From: an uncultured Deinococcaceae bacterium
Lineage (GTDB): Bacteria > Deinococcota > Deinococci > Deinococcales > Deinococcaceae
Reading direction: 5' to 3'
Assembly (NCBI GenBank): GCA_964252075.1
Contig: CAXULY010000049.1
Span: 1 to 33,848, forward strand
Length of the DNA stretch: 33,848 bases
Shown: one piece after another, positions 9,119 through 17,898 of the stretch
How positions within the stretch are numbered: position 1 is the stretch's first letter
Layout: every line of letters starts with the position of its first letter
Notes under the pieces: model-generated
What the model was told of the DNA's origin: nothing
Databases searched by the model: none
What the model saw: only the letters and a program-made list of their open reading frames with translations
Made by a program: the position numbers and the translations under genes

Positions 9119-10111
9119 ATGACCGCCGAACCCGCCCTGAACGTCCTGTTGTCCCTGACGGCCGCCGACGCGCTCGGCGCCGCAACTGAATTCATGACGC
9201 CGGACGCCATCGCGCGGACGTTCCCGCGCGGCGTGCGGACGTACCAGCCGGGCTCCCCCTTCGGCTTCGCGCCGGGCGAGGCGACGGACGACAGCCAGAT
9301 GACGGTCGCCTCGCTCATCGGGTACGCGCGCGGGCGTGAGGGCGTGCTGCCCGCCCTGCTGGACTGGCTGGGCACGCGCCCGCCGGACGTGGGGGGCCTC
9401 ACGCGCGCCGCGCTGACCTTCGGCACACCGGACGGCGGGTACCGTGCGTGGGTGGCGAGCGGGCGGCAGTCGGCGGGCAACGGCGGCCTCATGCGGGTCG
9501 CCGCGCCCTTCATCGCTGGGTTCCGGGGCGAGTCGCTGCTGGACGAGGCGGCGCGCGTCACGGCCCTCACGCACGCCGACCCGCGCTGCGTGCTGGCGAG
9601 CGTGGCGTTCGTGGCGCTGCTGGAGGCGCTGGAGCGCCGCGAGCCCCTGGAGGCCGCGGCGCGAGACGCGCTGGAGCGCCTGCAGGCCTTCGACGCGGCG
9701 GCCGTGGTGCTGCGCCTGCAGCCCAGCGAGCGGGACGAGGACGCCCGCGCGTACCGGGCGGAGGTGCCCAGTGCGCGCGCGGCGGTCGGTGAGGCGCTGC
9801 GGGCGGGCGTGGCGGGCGAGGTCGGGTCGCAGTCCGGATACGTGCTGCACACCCTGCAGGCCGCCACCGCGCACGCGCGGGCGGAGGACTGGCTGGCGTG
9901 CATCGAGCCCGCCGTGCTGGGCGGCGACGACAGCGACACGGTGGCGTGCGTGGCAGGCGCCATCGCGGGCGCGCGCGGCCTCACGGTGCCCGAGGCGCTG
10001 CGGCCCGACCTGCGCCTGGGGCACTCGTGGCCCGGCTGGGACCGTGCGTGGACCTGCGAGGACCGCTACCCGCAGCTTGTGCGGGCGGCCAGCGGGGGCG
10101 CGCACCGCTGA
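9119..10111 (+). CDS. ADP-ribosylglycohydrolase (DraG/ARH family)
   Basis: DALGA, TDDSQM, GNGGLMR, LTH, GDDSDTVACVAGAIAGA; leaderless (TACACT 9106-9111). Confidence 0.92.
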   Translation: MTAEPALNVLLSLTAADALGAATEFMTPDAIARTFPRGVRTYQPGSPFGFAPGEATDDSQMTVASLIGYARGREGVLPALLDWLGTRPPDVGGLTRAALTFGTPDGGYRAWVASGRQSAGNGGLMRVAAPFIAGFRGESLLDEAARVTALTHADPRCVLASVAFVALLEALERREPLEAAARDALERLQAFDAAAVVLRLQPSERDEDARAYRAEVPSARAAVGEALRAGVAGEVGSQSGYVLHTLQAATAHARAEDWLACIEPAVLGGDDSDTVACVAGAIAGARGLTVPEALRPDLRLGHSWPGWDRAWTCEDRYPQLVRAASGGAHR

Positions 10112-10117
10112 GGGGCG

Positions 10118-10624
10118 TCAGGGCAGGCGCGCCAAGCAGACGTCCGGCGGGATGTCGCGCCCGGATTCGTCGAGGAGCCGCTCGATGGGCTCACCGTTCA
10201 CGAAGAAGCAGGCGGCGCGCACCCCCGCGAACTGCGTGGCGGTGGCGCGCAGCTGCTCCGTGACGCGCGGGGCGTCGCACACGCCGTTCAGGCGCAGCGA
10301 CCCGGCGAGGGACACGAGCACGCCCGGCCCGCGCCGCTCGACGCGCGTGACGGTCAGGCGCGAGGCGCTGAAGGCGCTGCGGAGCCCCGCGGGCGGCGCG
10401 CGCAGGTTCAGGAGGTCATTCAGGGCGGCCCTCAGTGGCGCGCGCGTGGTCGGCAGGCGGCGCGTGACGCGCACCAGCCGGTCACCGCAGCCGAAACTCG
10501 CGCCGCCCGAAGGTGCGGGCGTCACGAGGTACACCGCCACCTCGGTGGCGGGCGGGGCGGCGTGCGCGCCTGGGAGGGAGAGCGCCAGCAGCAGGGCAGC
10601 GAGGGGGCGGCGGGGCGGGCGCAC
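10118..10624 (-). CDS. Secreted GerMN-like domain protein
   Basis: Signal peptide ending AHA-A; AALNDLL...GVCDAPRVTEQLRATATQFAGV...FFVNG pattern. Confidence 0.7.
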   Translation of the reverse strand: MRPPRRPLAALLLALSLPGAHAAPPATEVAVYLVTPAPSGGASFGCGDRLVRVTRRLPTTRAPLRAALNDLLNLRAPPAGLRSAFSASRLTVTRVERRGPGVLVSLAGSLRLNGVCDAPRVTEQLRATATQFAGVRAACFFVNGEPIERLLDESGRDIPPDVCLARLP

Positions 10625-10630
10625 GGGCCG

Positions 10631-11446
10631 TCAGCGCTCCGGCGCGGGGAAGCCCGCGCACAGCAGCCCGAAGTACGTGGGCGCCTCGTAGGACAGGAAC
10701 TGCACGCGCCGCACCTCCGGCGGGATGGCGCCCGCCAGCACCAGCGCCTGCCACTGCCCGTCCGGCTTGGCGTCCTCGATGAGCGGCGCGAGGTCCGCGA
10801 GCGACTCAAGCTGCCCGGTCCGCACGCACTCCACCACGCGCGCGTCCAGTTGCGCGGCGGCCTCGTGGTAACCGTACGGGCCGTCCGCGGCGTGCGTGTG
10901 CGCCCAGTCGCAGCTCGCGATGAGGCCCACCCGCCGCCCGGACGCCGCCACCGCTCGCGCGAGCGCCGCGCCGAACCGCTGGTGTAGGGTGAAATCCAGC
11001 CCGCGCGGCGGGTTCACCACCACGACCGGCACCTCCGGCATGAAGTGCAGCGGGACGATGGCGCCCCAGTCGAGCGGCATGCACGACAGCGGTCCCCCGG
11101 CGGTCGCGTAATTCAGGGTGGCGACGGGCAGGCCGTCCTGCAGCGCCGCCCGCGCGACCTGCTCGGCCAGCGCGCGGTCCACCGGGCGCTCCAGCGGCAC
11201 CGCCGCGCCGTGCGCCTCGACGCGGCCGCGCATGCGCTCGGCGTTCACCACCGCGAACTGCCCCTCCGCGCGCGTGCCGTGCGGCGTCAGCACGATCAGG
11301 GCGTCGGGCGCCGCCGCGCGCATCTGCTGCCCGAGCTGCTGGAGGCTGGCGCGGGTGCGCGCCATGAGGGCCGGGTCTGCGCCCGCGAGCGCCTCAATGA
11401 TCTCGGAGCCGTGCGGCGTGATGCAGGCGAACACGAAAGGATTCAT
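10631..11446 (-). CDS. LigB-like class III extradiol dioxygenase family protein
   Basis: ITPHG, VLTPHG, LDWGAIVPL, IASCDWAHTH..GPYGY, YEAPTYFG; start at MNPFVF. Confidence 0.8.
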   Translation of the reverse strand: MNPFVFACITPHGSEIIEALAGADPALMARTRASLQQLGQQMRAAAPDALIVLTPHGTRAEGQFAVVNAERMRGRVEAHGAAVPLERPVDRALAEQVARAALQDGLPVATLNYATAGGPLSCMPLDWGAIVPLHFMPEVPVVVVNPPRGLDFTLHQRFGAALARAVAASGRRVGLIASCDWAHTHAADGPYGYHEAAAQLDARVVECVRTGQLESLADLAPLIEDAKPDGQWQALVLAGAIPPEVRRVQFLSYEAPTYFGLLCAGFPAPER

Positions 11447-11529
11447 GCGTTGCGCCCAGCATGGCACGCGCCGCGCGCGTGAATCCAGCGGGGCGCGTGC
11501 CGCCCTGTGGGGCGGCAGGCCTACGCACG

Positions 11530-12063
11530 TCACGCCAGGTAGGGCTCCAGCTGCGCGGCGGTCCCGGCGGCGCCCATCAGGCGGGCGGCGTCCAGCACGG
11601 ACATGCCACTGGCGTCGCGCGCGCGCGGGTCGGCGCCATGCGTGAGCAGCAGGTCCACGAGGTCCGTGCGGTTGAACATGGCGGCCATCATGAGGGCGGT
11701 GCGGCCGTCCGGCCCCCGGCCCTCCACGTCGGCGCCGTGCTCCAGCAGCAGCCGCACCATCTCGGTGTCGCCCTTGTACGCGGCGCCCTGCAGGGGCGTC
11801 TGCCCCTGGTCGTTGTGCAGTTGCGGGTCCGCGCCGTGCTGCAGCAGCGCCCGCGCGGCCGCGTGGTGCCCGTGGTACGCGGCGATCATCAGCAGGCTGT
11901 CGCCCTTCTGGTTGCGCAGGTTGGGCGGCAGGCCCCGCTCCAGCAGCGGCTGGAGGGGCGCGGCGTCCCCGCTGCGCACGAGGTCGAAAACCAGGCGCAG
12001 GTACTCCAGCGTCTCAGCGTCCAGCGCGTCCGTGGGCGAGTGTCGTTCGGTGTCATCGTGCAT
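11530..12063 (-). CDS. Ankyrin repeat protein
   Basis: AAGGAG RBS; repeats GDSLLMIAAYHGH, GQTPLQGAAYKGD, GRTALMMAAMFNR. Confidence 0.92.
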   Translation of the reverse strand: MHDDTERHSPTDALDAETLEYLRLVFDLVRSGDAAPLQPLLERGLPPNLRNQKGDSLLMIAAYHGHHAAARALLQHGADPQLHNDQGQTPLQGAAYKGDTEMVRLLLEHGADVEGRGPDGRTALMMAAMFNRTDLVDLLLTHGADPRARDASGMSVLDAARLMGAAGTAAQLEPYLA

Positions 12064-12095
12064 GGTGGCTCCTTGGGGGTGGGGCGGCGCCGCCC

Positions 12096-12338
12096 TCAGC
12101 TTGAATTCTGGACGTCTTCCGGGAGGTCCTGCGGCTGGAGGTCCACGGCGCGGGCGGCCTTGATGACGGCCCGCCACAGTTGCCGGCGTTCGAAGGGCGC
12201 GGCGATCGTGCGGATCTCGTCGGGGAGGAAGATGTCGAGGCGCTGGGGCTCCCAGTAGATGCGGCAGTTCAGGTCCTCCAGGCCCTGCAGGTGTCGCTCG
12301 AAGGTGAGGCGTTCCTCTTCGTCGTGGAAGGGGTTCAT
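12096..12338 (-). CDS. Hypothetical protein (80 aa)
   Basis: Leaderless: TACCCT 5 nt before ATG; protein-like composition. Confidence 0.7.
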   Translation of the reverse strand: MNPFHDEEERLTFERHLQGLEDLNCRIYWEPQRLDIFLPDEIRTIAAPFERRQLWRAVIKAARAVDLQPQDLPEDVQNSS

Positions 12339-12502
12339 GCTTCAGGGTACCGGCGCGGCGGTGGGCCGATGGTGCTGGGTGTAGGGCCTGGGTTGTGTGG
12401 TCGTTCCCTCTGGTGATTTGAGCGTGGTGGTCGGACGTGACGAATGACCGTTTCCAGCAGGTTCCAGCTCTCCTAGCAAAATATGCCAATGGACAGCAAA
12501 CT

Positions 12503-12545
12503 TTCGCCAAAATGGATTGACTTTTTATTGGCGAACATCTACCAT
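12503..12545 (+). promoter_or_regulatory. Sigma70-type promoter with an inverted repeat flanking -35
   Basis: TTGACT(12517-12522)-N17-TACCAT(12540-12545); TTCGCCAA(12503-12510) and TTGGCGAA(12528-12535). Confidence 0.75.
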
Positions 12546-12579
12546 CCAGGAGAAGATATTGCCATTCCTGGAGGAAGAG

Positions 12580-13281
12580 ATGAATGAGGAGCGAGCGAAG
12601 GTGCTGGAACTCGTCGCGTCCGGCCGCATCACCATTGAGGAGGCGGATGCCCTGCTGACCGCCATGGAAGTCCAACCGGCCCCACCCACGAGGCGGGCGC
12701 CCGAACCGCGGCGCACCGCCGCGCGCGCCGTCCCGGACGGCGACTGGAGCAACCCGTCCTTCGAGCAGCTGGTGCAGATGGGCAAGTTTGGCGTGAGCCC
12801 CACCTTCCTGCGGGAAGCGCAGCAGTGCGGCCTGGGTTACCTCAGCTTCGAGCAGGTCATCACCATGGCGAAGTACGGCGTGTCCCCCACCTACGCGGGC
12901 GAGATGATCGCCGCCCTGCGCGAGCAGCTGACCTTCGACGACATCGTGGAACTCGCGAAGTACGGCATTCGCCCCACGCTGCTGCGCGACCTGCGCGAGG
13001 CGGGCTTCACGGACCTGACGGTGGATCAGATCATCGAGATCGGGAAGTACGGCGTGAGCAGCGCCTTCATTCAGGAACTCGGTGAGGTGGGCCTGCAGGA
13101 CCTCAGTGTGGAGCAGATCGTGGAGCTCGCGAAGTACGGCGTGAGCCCGCGCTTCATCCGCGAGGCGCGCGAGGTGGGCCTCCCCTCCAGCGGCGGCATC
13201 ATGCCACCGAACGACGATGATGACGCCGGGGCGCCCGACGAGGACCCCGAGGCGGAGCGCTGGGGCGGGGAGTCCGCGTGA
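12580..13281 (+). CDS. SHOCT-like domain protein with five 29-aa tandem repeats
   Basis: GGAGG RBS; MNEERAKVLELVASGRITIEEADALL; five LSxEQxVxxAKYGVSPxFxRE-type units. Confidence 0.85.
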   Translation: MNEERAKVLELVASGRITIEEADALLTAMEVQPAPPTRRAPEPRRTAARAVPDGDWSNPSFEQLVQMGKFGVSPTFLREAQQCGLGYLSFEQVITMAKYGVSPTYAGEMIAALREQLTFDDIVELAKYGIRPTLLRDLREAGFTDLTVDQIIEIGKYGVSSAFIQELGEVGLQDLSVEQIVELAKYGVSPRFIREAREVGLPSSGGIMPPNDDDDAGAPDEDPEAERWGGESA

Positions 13282-13670
13282 CGCGCCGCCGGTACCCCCT
13301 CCCCACGCGCGACCCCATCACGGGCGGCGAACTGATCGTCACGCGCCTGCGGGGCGTGGAGAGCGGCGTGAGCATCGAGGGGGAGTTCAGCCTCGGCTGG
13401 ATCGCGCGCCTCACGCCCGAACAGCTGGACTTCGTGCACGCCCTCGTCCGGAACCGCGGCAACGTGCAGAAACTCGCCGTGGAGATCGGCGTGGCGTACA
13501 ACACCGCGCGCGCCCGCCTCGACGACATCGTGGGCGCGCTCGGCGGTCCCGCCGACCCGGACGCGGACGCGGACCGCCGCGCGGGGCGCCTGCAGGTGCT
13601 GGAGCGCCTGCAGCGCGGCGAGATTGACTTCCAGACGGCCATGCAGCTGATGGACACCCCCGGTTCCTGA
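13278..13670 (+). CDS. DUF2089 family HTH protein with C-terminal SHOCT-like helix
   Basis: GGELIVTRL...IEGEF, LTPEQLDFV..LVRNRGNVQKLAVEIGVAYNTARARLDDIVGALG, QVLERLQRGEI; GTGA overlap with upstream gene. Confidence 0.85.
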   Translation: MTRRRYPLPTRDPITGGELIVTRLRGVESGVSIEGEFSLGWIARLTPEQLDFVHALVRNRGNVQKLAVEIGVAYNTARARLDDIVGALGGPADPDADADRRAGRLQVLERLQRGEIDFQTAMQLMDTPGS

Positions 13671-13715
13671 GCGCGGCGTTCCCATCCACCCACGAGTCCC
13701 CCTCTCGGAGCGTGC

Positions 13716-13931
13716 ATGATGCATCCACCCCATGTTGATGAGCGGCACTCCCTCGACCACGTCCGGCAACTGCGCGCGGAGGCGGCCACCGCGCGCGCCC
13801 TGAGGCAGCTGCCCTCGTGGCGCCAGCGGCTCGCCGCGCGGCTGGTTCAGCTGGCCCTGCGCTGCGAGCCGGACGTGCTGCAGCGCGCGCCTTGGCCCCA
13901 GCGCCTCCCGGCGCGGCACGGCGCGCGCTGA
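13716..13931 (+). CDS. Small hypothetical protein (71 aa)
   Basis: GGAG before ATG; fills the gap between DUF2089 and the regulator; helical amphipathic pattern. Confidence 0.55.
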   Translation: MMHPPHVDERHSLDHVRQLRAEAATARALRQLPSWRQRLAARLVQLALRCEPDVLQRAPWPQRLPARHGAR

Positions 13932-13985
13932 CCGCCACGCGTTGCTCCCACCGGCGCGCGTCCGTATGCTTCAGGTGGGGGGCCT

Positions 13986-16900
13986 ATGCTGGACACATTG
14001 GAGGCGCGACTTCAGGCGCTGCGGCGGCGCGGCCCGAGCCTGGCGGTCGGCGTGTGGGGCGAAGCGGGCATCGGGAAGACCTACAGCGTGCAGGGCCTGC
14101 TGCGCGCCCTGCCGTTCCGGAACGTGAGCGTCGCCGCGGCGCGCGCCGTGCCGGACCTCGCGCGGGCGTTCGCGCCGCGCGCGCCCGACTGGGCGCAGCG
14201 CACCCTGGAGCGCGTCGCGGACGGGCAGGACCCGGACGTGCCGGGCGCGGTGGAGGCGCTCGCCGCCAGCGTCACGGCGGGCGCGCCCCTCGCGGTGCTG
14301 CTGGAGGACGGGCATGACGCCACCGCGCGCCAGCTGGACCTGCTCGGTCAGTTCGTGACGGCCGCGCTGCGCGCGCGCGGTCTGGCCCTCATCCTGACGA
14401 GCCGCGTCCCGCCGCCCGCGCCGTTCGAGGCGCAGCGCCTGCACCCCCTGAGCGACGCCGCAAGCGCGCGCCTGCTGGAATCCGAGGTGGGCGCGCCCCT
14501 GCCGGAGGAGGCCGCGCAGTTCATTTACGCGCGCGCGGCGGGCAACCCGCTGTTCACGCTGGAGTACCTGCGGCACCTCACGCGCGCCGGGCACCTCTGG
14601 AACGACGGGCGGCGCTGGCGGTGGCGCGCGCCGCCCACCCCGAACGTCCCCCTGACCGTCGAGGCGCTGATCGAGCAGGCGCTGCAGCGCGCCGTCGCGT
14701 CGCCCGCGCACGCGCGCGCGCTGGGCGCGCTGGCGCTGCTGGGGCCGCAGCCGCCCGACACCTGGGCGCGCGTCGCGGACCTCAGCCCGCAGGCGCTGCG
14801 CGTGACGCTTGAGGAGTTGCACGGGTTCGGCGTGCTACAGGCGGGCGAGGCGGGGGACGTCGCGCACCCGCTGTACCGGGAGGTGCTGCGCGCGGGCCTC
14901 AGCGCGGACGAGCGGCGCACCTTCGCGCGGCGGGCGGTCGCGGCCCTGCACGGCGACCCGCCCGCCGCCGCCGCCTTCGTGGAGGCCGCGCAGCTGGACC
15001 CCGAGGAGACCTTCACGCTGCTGCAGCGCGCGGCGGCGGACCTGCGCGCGCAGGGCAACGCGGTGGGCGCCGCGCGGCTGCTCGCGCGGGCCGTTCCCGT
15101 GGCGCCCGTGGAGGCGCGCGGCGCGATGGCCCTGGAAGCGGCCGGGCAGTTGATCAGCCACGACCTGCCGACCACCGCGCGCCTCTACGAACTGGCGCTG
15201 CAGACGCCCGCCGCGGACCCGGCGGCGGTGCGCGCCTACGCGCACCTGCTGGCCCGCCAGGGCCGCGCGCCGGACGTGGAGGCCCTGCTGGCGCCGCTGC
15301 CGGACGCCCTGCGCGCGCGCGTGAACCCGGTGGGGCTCGCGGTCACCATGCACAACGTGGCGGGGCAGCACGCGGCGGCGCTGGACCTCTGGGAGGCGCG
15401 GCAGGACGCGCTGGGCGGCGCGCAGGACCCGGAGGTGCTGCGCGCCGTGGCGGCCAGCGCGCTCGCGACGGGCCGCATGGCGCTCGCGCGCGCCCTCACC
15501 GGGCAGGCCCTCGCGGTGACGCGCGAGCCGCTGCTGCGCAGCGAGGTGCTCGCCATTCAGGCCATCACGCACTACCACGCGGGCGACCACCGCGCGGCGG
15601 ACGCCACCATTCAGGAGGTGCTGGCGCTGCTCGCGCCCCTCGATCAGCCGCGCGTGTTCAGCACCGCGCTCCTGAACCGCGCGGCGTTCCTGCGCGCCAT
15701 GGGGGAGTACGGCGCCATGGCGGAGTGCCTGGAGGAAGCGCTGCGGCTGCGGCGGCAGACGGGCGACGGCAAGGCCTACGCCTTCGCGCAGGCGGCGCTG
15801 GCGGAGGTGCGCATCGAGCAGGGCGCGTACGAGCAGGCCGAGGACCTGCTGACGGAAGCCATCGCGACGCTGGAGGTGTTCGGCCCGAGCCGTTTCCTGA
15901 TCAACACGTACGCCATGGCGAGCCAGCTGTACCTCGCGCAGGGCACCCCGATGGGCACGCTGCTGGCCGTGAAGCACGCGGAGCGCGCCCTGACGGACGC
16001 GCGCGCCACCGGCAGTCCACGCACGGTGTGCGAGATTCTGTTCGACGCCTCGCTCGCCAGCACGCGCGCCGGGAACGCGGCGCGCGGCGCGGCGCTCGCG
16101 CGTGAGGCGCTGGACCTCACGCACGCCGCGGGGGACAGCCCCGCCGACCGCCTGCGCTCGCGCTGGGCGCTGGCCCTGGCGCTCGATGCGCTGGGCGAGG
16201 CGCCGGAGGCCATCACGCTGCTGCGCGCCGCGCGGGACGACGCGCGCGCGCTGGAGCAGCCGCTGGAGGAGCAGAAACTCGGCCTGGAACTGGACCGCCT
16301 CACCGGGGACCGCGGCAGCGCCCAGGCGCGCCTCGCGTGGTTCGAGGCGCGCGGGCTGCTGCACGGCGCGCAGCTGGTCCGGCGGGCTTTCCCGGCGCTC
16401 GACGCGCCGCGCGCGCTCACGGCGGACCCCACGGTGCACCTGGAGGTGCTGGGCCCCGTGCGCGCCTCGGGCCGCGCGGTGAGCGGGCGCAAGCGGCGGG
16501 AGCTGCTGGCCGTGCTGCTGGAAGCGCGCGTCGCGGGGCGCGCGGAGGTCACGCGGCTGGACCTGCTGGACGCCCTGTACCCGGAGGAGGACGAGGGGCG
16601 CGCGGGCGCCTCACTCAAGGAGCTGATTCACGCGCTGCGCCAGCAGCTGGGCGCCGCGACCATCGCGACGACCACCGCCGGGTACGCGCTCGGGTCGGGC
16701 GTCACGTCGGACCTGGAGGCCTTCCTGCAGTCGGCGGACACGCGCCTGTGGCGCGGCGCGTACCTGGGCGGCGAGGCGAGCGCCACGGACAGCGTGCGGG
16801 ACGCGGCGTTCCTGGCGCTCCGCCGCCGCCTCCCGGAGCTCCTCACCCAGGACCCGCTGGAGGCCGCGCGCGCCGCGCGGCTGCTGCTGGACGCCGAGCC

Positions 16901-17063
16901 GTACGACACGGAGGCGCTGGCGCTCACGCTGCGGGCACTAAGGGCCGCGCAGCACCACAAGACGCTCGGGCGGGTGTACGCGGCGGCGCGCGCGCGCCTC
17001 GCGGAGGTCGGGGAGGCGCTGCCGGAGCACTGGGCGGCGTTCCTGGCGGCACCTCCGGCATAG
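13986..17063 (+). CDS. STAND AAA ATPase-TPR regulator with C-terminal SARP-like wHTH/BTAD module
   Basis: Walker A GEAGIGKT, Walker B LLEDGH, AGNPLF, HPLYREV, TPRs; C-terminal LEVLGP...RELLAVLL...RLDLLDALYP...LRQQLG...GYAL...LWRGAYL...EPYDTEAL. Confidence 0.88.
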   Translation: MLDTLEARLQALRRRGPSLAVGVWGEAGIGKTYSVQGLLRALPFRNVSVAAARAVPDLARAFAPRAPDWAQRTLERVADGQDPDVPGAVEALAASVTAGAPLAVLLEDGHDATARQLDLLGQFVTAALRARGLALILTSRVPPPAPFEAQRLHPLSDAASARLLESEVGAPLPEEAAQFIYARAAGNPLFTLEYLRHLTRAGHLWNDGRRWRWRAPPTPNVPLTVEALIEQALQRAVASPAHARALGALALLGPQPPDTWARVADLSPQALRVTLEELHGFGVLQAGEAGDVAHPLYREVLRAGLSADERRTFARRAVAALHGDPPAAAAFVEAAQLDPEETFTLLQRAAADLRAQGNAVGAARLLARAVPVAPVEARGAMALEAAGQLISHDLPTTARLYELALQTPAADPAAVRAYAHLLARQGRAPDVEALLAPLPDALRARVNPVGLAVTMHNVAGQHAAALDLWEARQDALGGAQDPEVLRAVAASALATGRMALARALTGQALAVTREPLLRSEVLAIQAITHYHAGDHRAADATIQEVLALLAPLDQPRVFSTALLNRAAFLRAMGEYGAMAECLEEALRLRRQTGDGKAYAFAQAALAEVRIEQGAYEQAEDLLTEAIATLEVFGPSRFLINTYAMASQLYLAQGTPMGTLLAVKHAERALTDARATGSPRTVCEILFDASLASTRAGNAARGAALAREALDLTHAAGDSPADRLRSRWALALALDALGEAPEAITLLRAARDDARALEQPLEEQKLGLELDRLTGDRGSAQARLAWFEARGLLHGAQLVRRAFPALDAPRALTADPTVHLEVLGPVRASGRAVSGRKRRELLAVLLEARVAGRAEVTRLDLLDALYPEEDEGRAGASLKELIHALRQQLGAATIATTTAGYALGSGVTSDLEAFLQSADTRLWRGAYLGGEASATDSVRDAAFLALRRRLPELLTQDPLEAARAARLLLDAEPYDTEALALTLRALRAAQHHKTLGRVYAAARARLAEVGEALPEHWAAFLAAPPA

Positions 17064-17074
17064 CGCGCGGAGAT

Positions 17075-17108
17075 GCTGACCGCGGGGTGACCGGTCACGC
17101 CGCACGCT
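17075..17108 (+). promoter_or_regulatory. Direct-repeat activator box plus -10-like hexamer (motif B)
   Basis: GCTGAC-cgcgg-GGTGAC-N11-CACGCT; includes the palindrome TGACCGGTCA at 17088-17097. Confidence 0.7.
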
Positions 17109-17132
17109 GGGGGCGTCAGGAGGACACGCCCC

Positions 17133-17366
17133 ATGGACAACCCCCACCCGTCCGCCGCGCAGGTCCTGCGGTACCGGCTGTGCCCGCAGTGCGGGCGGGC
17201 CGTGCCCGCCTCGTCCAGGGAGCGCCACTGTGTGAATGATGGCGTGCGCCTGCTCGACGCCTGCCCGTCGTGCGGCGAGGCGATCAACACGCCGTTCGGG
17301 CGGTACTGCGCGGGGTGCGGGCGCCTGCTGGTAGGCGCCCGCACCCCGCCCGAGGGCAGGGCGTGA
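17133..17366 (+). CDS. Double zinc ribbon microprotein
   Basis: AGGAGG RBS; CPQC, CVND, CPSC, CAGC knuckles. Confidence 0.85.
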   Translation: MDNPHPSAAQVLRYRLCPQCGRAVPASSRERHCVNDGVRLLDACPSCGEAINTPFGRYCAGCGRLLVGARTPPEGRA

Positions 17367-17376
17367 GCCAGAGCGG

Positions 17377-17898
17377 TCAGTCGGGGTTGCGGCCCGCCCC
17401 GCTCAGGGCGCGGCTGACGGTGGCCGCCGCGAGGCCGCCCGCCAGGTACCACGCGACGGTCAGCAGCGGCGTGATGGGCGCCCGCGCGCCCGGCTGCGCG
17501 CCCAGGCCGAGCGGACCGGGGAGCAGCACCGCACCGAGGCCCGCCGCGAGGCCCAGCGTGCCGCCGCGCCGCCACGCGCCGCCGGGCGCCCCGAGGCCCA
17601 CCAGCGCGTAGTACGCGGCGTTCGAGGCGAGGTCACCCAGCATGGAGGCGCGGTAGAGGGCCGGTCCGCGCGGCGCTTCGAGCCCGGCGGCGCCCATGGT
17701 TTTCACGAGGCCGCGCTCCCCGATCACGTCCATGCGCGGCGCGTGCGGCACGAACCGCCGCACGCCCTCGTTCAGGAGCGTCACCGTGAGGGCCCCCGCG
17801 ACGCCGCCCGCGACGATGGGCAACCAGCGCCGCGCGCCCGTCACGGGGGGTGGCGCGGCGTCGGGCATCTGCGGGTCGTGCTGGGCGTCATCATTCAT
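17377..17898 (-). CDS. Hypothetical membrane protein
   Basis: GGGAGG RBS before ATG 17898; Gly/Ala-rich TM helices; APRMDVIGER. Confidence 0.8.
   Translation of the reverse strand: MNDDAQHDPQMPDAAPPPVTGARRWLPIVAGGVAGALTVTLLNEGVRRFVPHAPRMDVIGERGLVKTMGAAGLEAPRGPALYRASMLGDLASNAAYYALVGLGAPGGAWRRGGTLGLAAGLGAVLLPGPLGLGAQPGARAPITPLLTVAWYLAGGLAAATVSRALSGAGRNPD

Noticed and set aside
12344..12377. Weak motif A-like arrangement CAGCAC-N5-GCCCAC-N11-TACCCT before the 80-aa gene
   Set aside because: First hexamer lacks YGYCAT, the gene is leaderless unlike the true sites, and CAC is common at this GC
12064..12675. N-terminal extension of the ankyrin ORF to 381 aa
   Set aside because: Overlaps two other genes and a promoter; clear RBS before ATG 12063
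12750..13185. 87-bp periodic DNA repeats (AAGTACGGCGTG) as a possible CRISPR array
   Set aside because: In-frame degenerate protein repeats; no unique spacers and no cas genes
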